Below are positions 63,553 to 64,000 of a DNA stretch of 64,000 bases, piece by piece (within the stretch, counting starts at the first letter, position 1; every line of letters begins with the position of its first letter). The DNA comes from Amoebidium appalachense. Lineage: Eukaryota > Protista > Ichthyosporea. Where the stretch lies: the NCBI GenBank assembly GCA_963693365.1, contig CAVNZM010000016.1, positions 3,499,957 through 3,563,956 of the forward strand, given 5' to 3'. Under the pieces are notes generated by a model that was not told where the DNA came from, did no database searches, and worked only from the letters and a program-made list of their open reading frames with translations. The position numbers were made by a program, and so were the translations under genes.

Positions 63553-64000
63553 CATAGAGGTGACACGCGTGTCTTTTCCCTAACTTACACTTAAGGCGAA
63601 ACGTTCCAGGGCTCATTATTTTCAGCTAATAGTGTTAGGATGGTAGAAATTTTGCGAGTTGGTGGCTGGGAGCCATTCAGAGTCACCCAAACTTTGGAAG
63701 GTGACCTCGAGCATACGGAGTAGAGCAGACGCGTAGAGCCCTGAGTTGTGTCCTTACCAAGAGCACACGTTACAAACCACTGAGCCTAGCTCGACCTCCT
63801 ATCTCGATGCCAGTCGGTTACCATCCTCAATTGGCATTGTCAGTCGCGGTCTCAGCAGTACGAAAGTGGTTTTCATTCTGACACTATGGTTCAGGGTAGG
63901 TGCCCCCCCCTCCCCCCCCCCCCCCCCCCCCTGTGATTTACTCCCCCCCCCCCCCCCCCCCCCCTTTATTCTTTCGATATTCCCAACACCCCAACACCTA

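Overview
Eukaryotic genomic DNA, probably from a protist; the taxon cannot be fixed from sequence alone. Introns are packed with poly-C/poly-G, (CA)n and (GA)n tracts, so almost all ORFs in the supplied track are low-complexity artefacts. Reading the non-repetitive islands and checking splice sites and phases by hand gives four intron-containing genes: (1) a + strand protein ending in an EF-hand-like linker plus SH2 domain (to 16464); (2) a + strand 680-aa type I membrane protein with a beta-helix-like N-terminus and a ZP-module-like layout (21951-24881); (3) a - strand 1099-aa secreted protein with two copies of an unrecognised ~240-aa module and six SdrD-B/prealbumin-like repeats (31185-41986); (4) a + strand NLS/coiled-coil/CxxC-rich protein (to 54862). 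There are two mobile-element clusters. At 42.4-47.9 kb lie a solo retrotransposon 3' tail, a non-coding LTR element, and an unusual 2.2-kb element with palindromic 23-bp inverted ends and a 17-bp flanking direct repeat that carries a helical cargo gene. At 56.0-60.2 kb three copies of one non-LTR RT element sit in alternating orientation within about 300 bp of original target, forming a ~1.75-kb-arm inverted repeat. No rRNA, tRNA or CRISPR array was recognised. Domain names come from motif recognition, not database searches.
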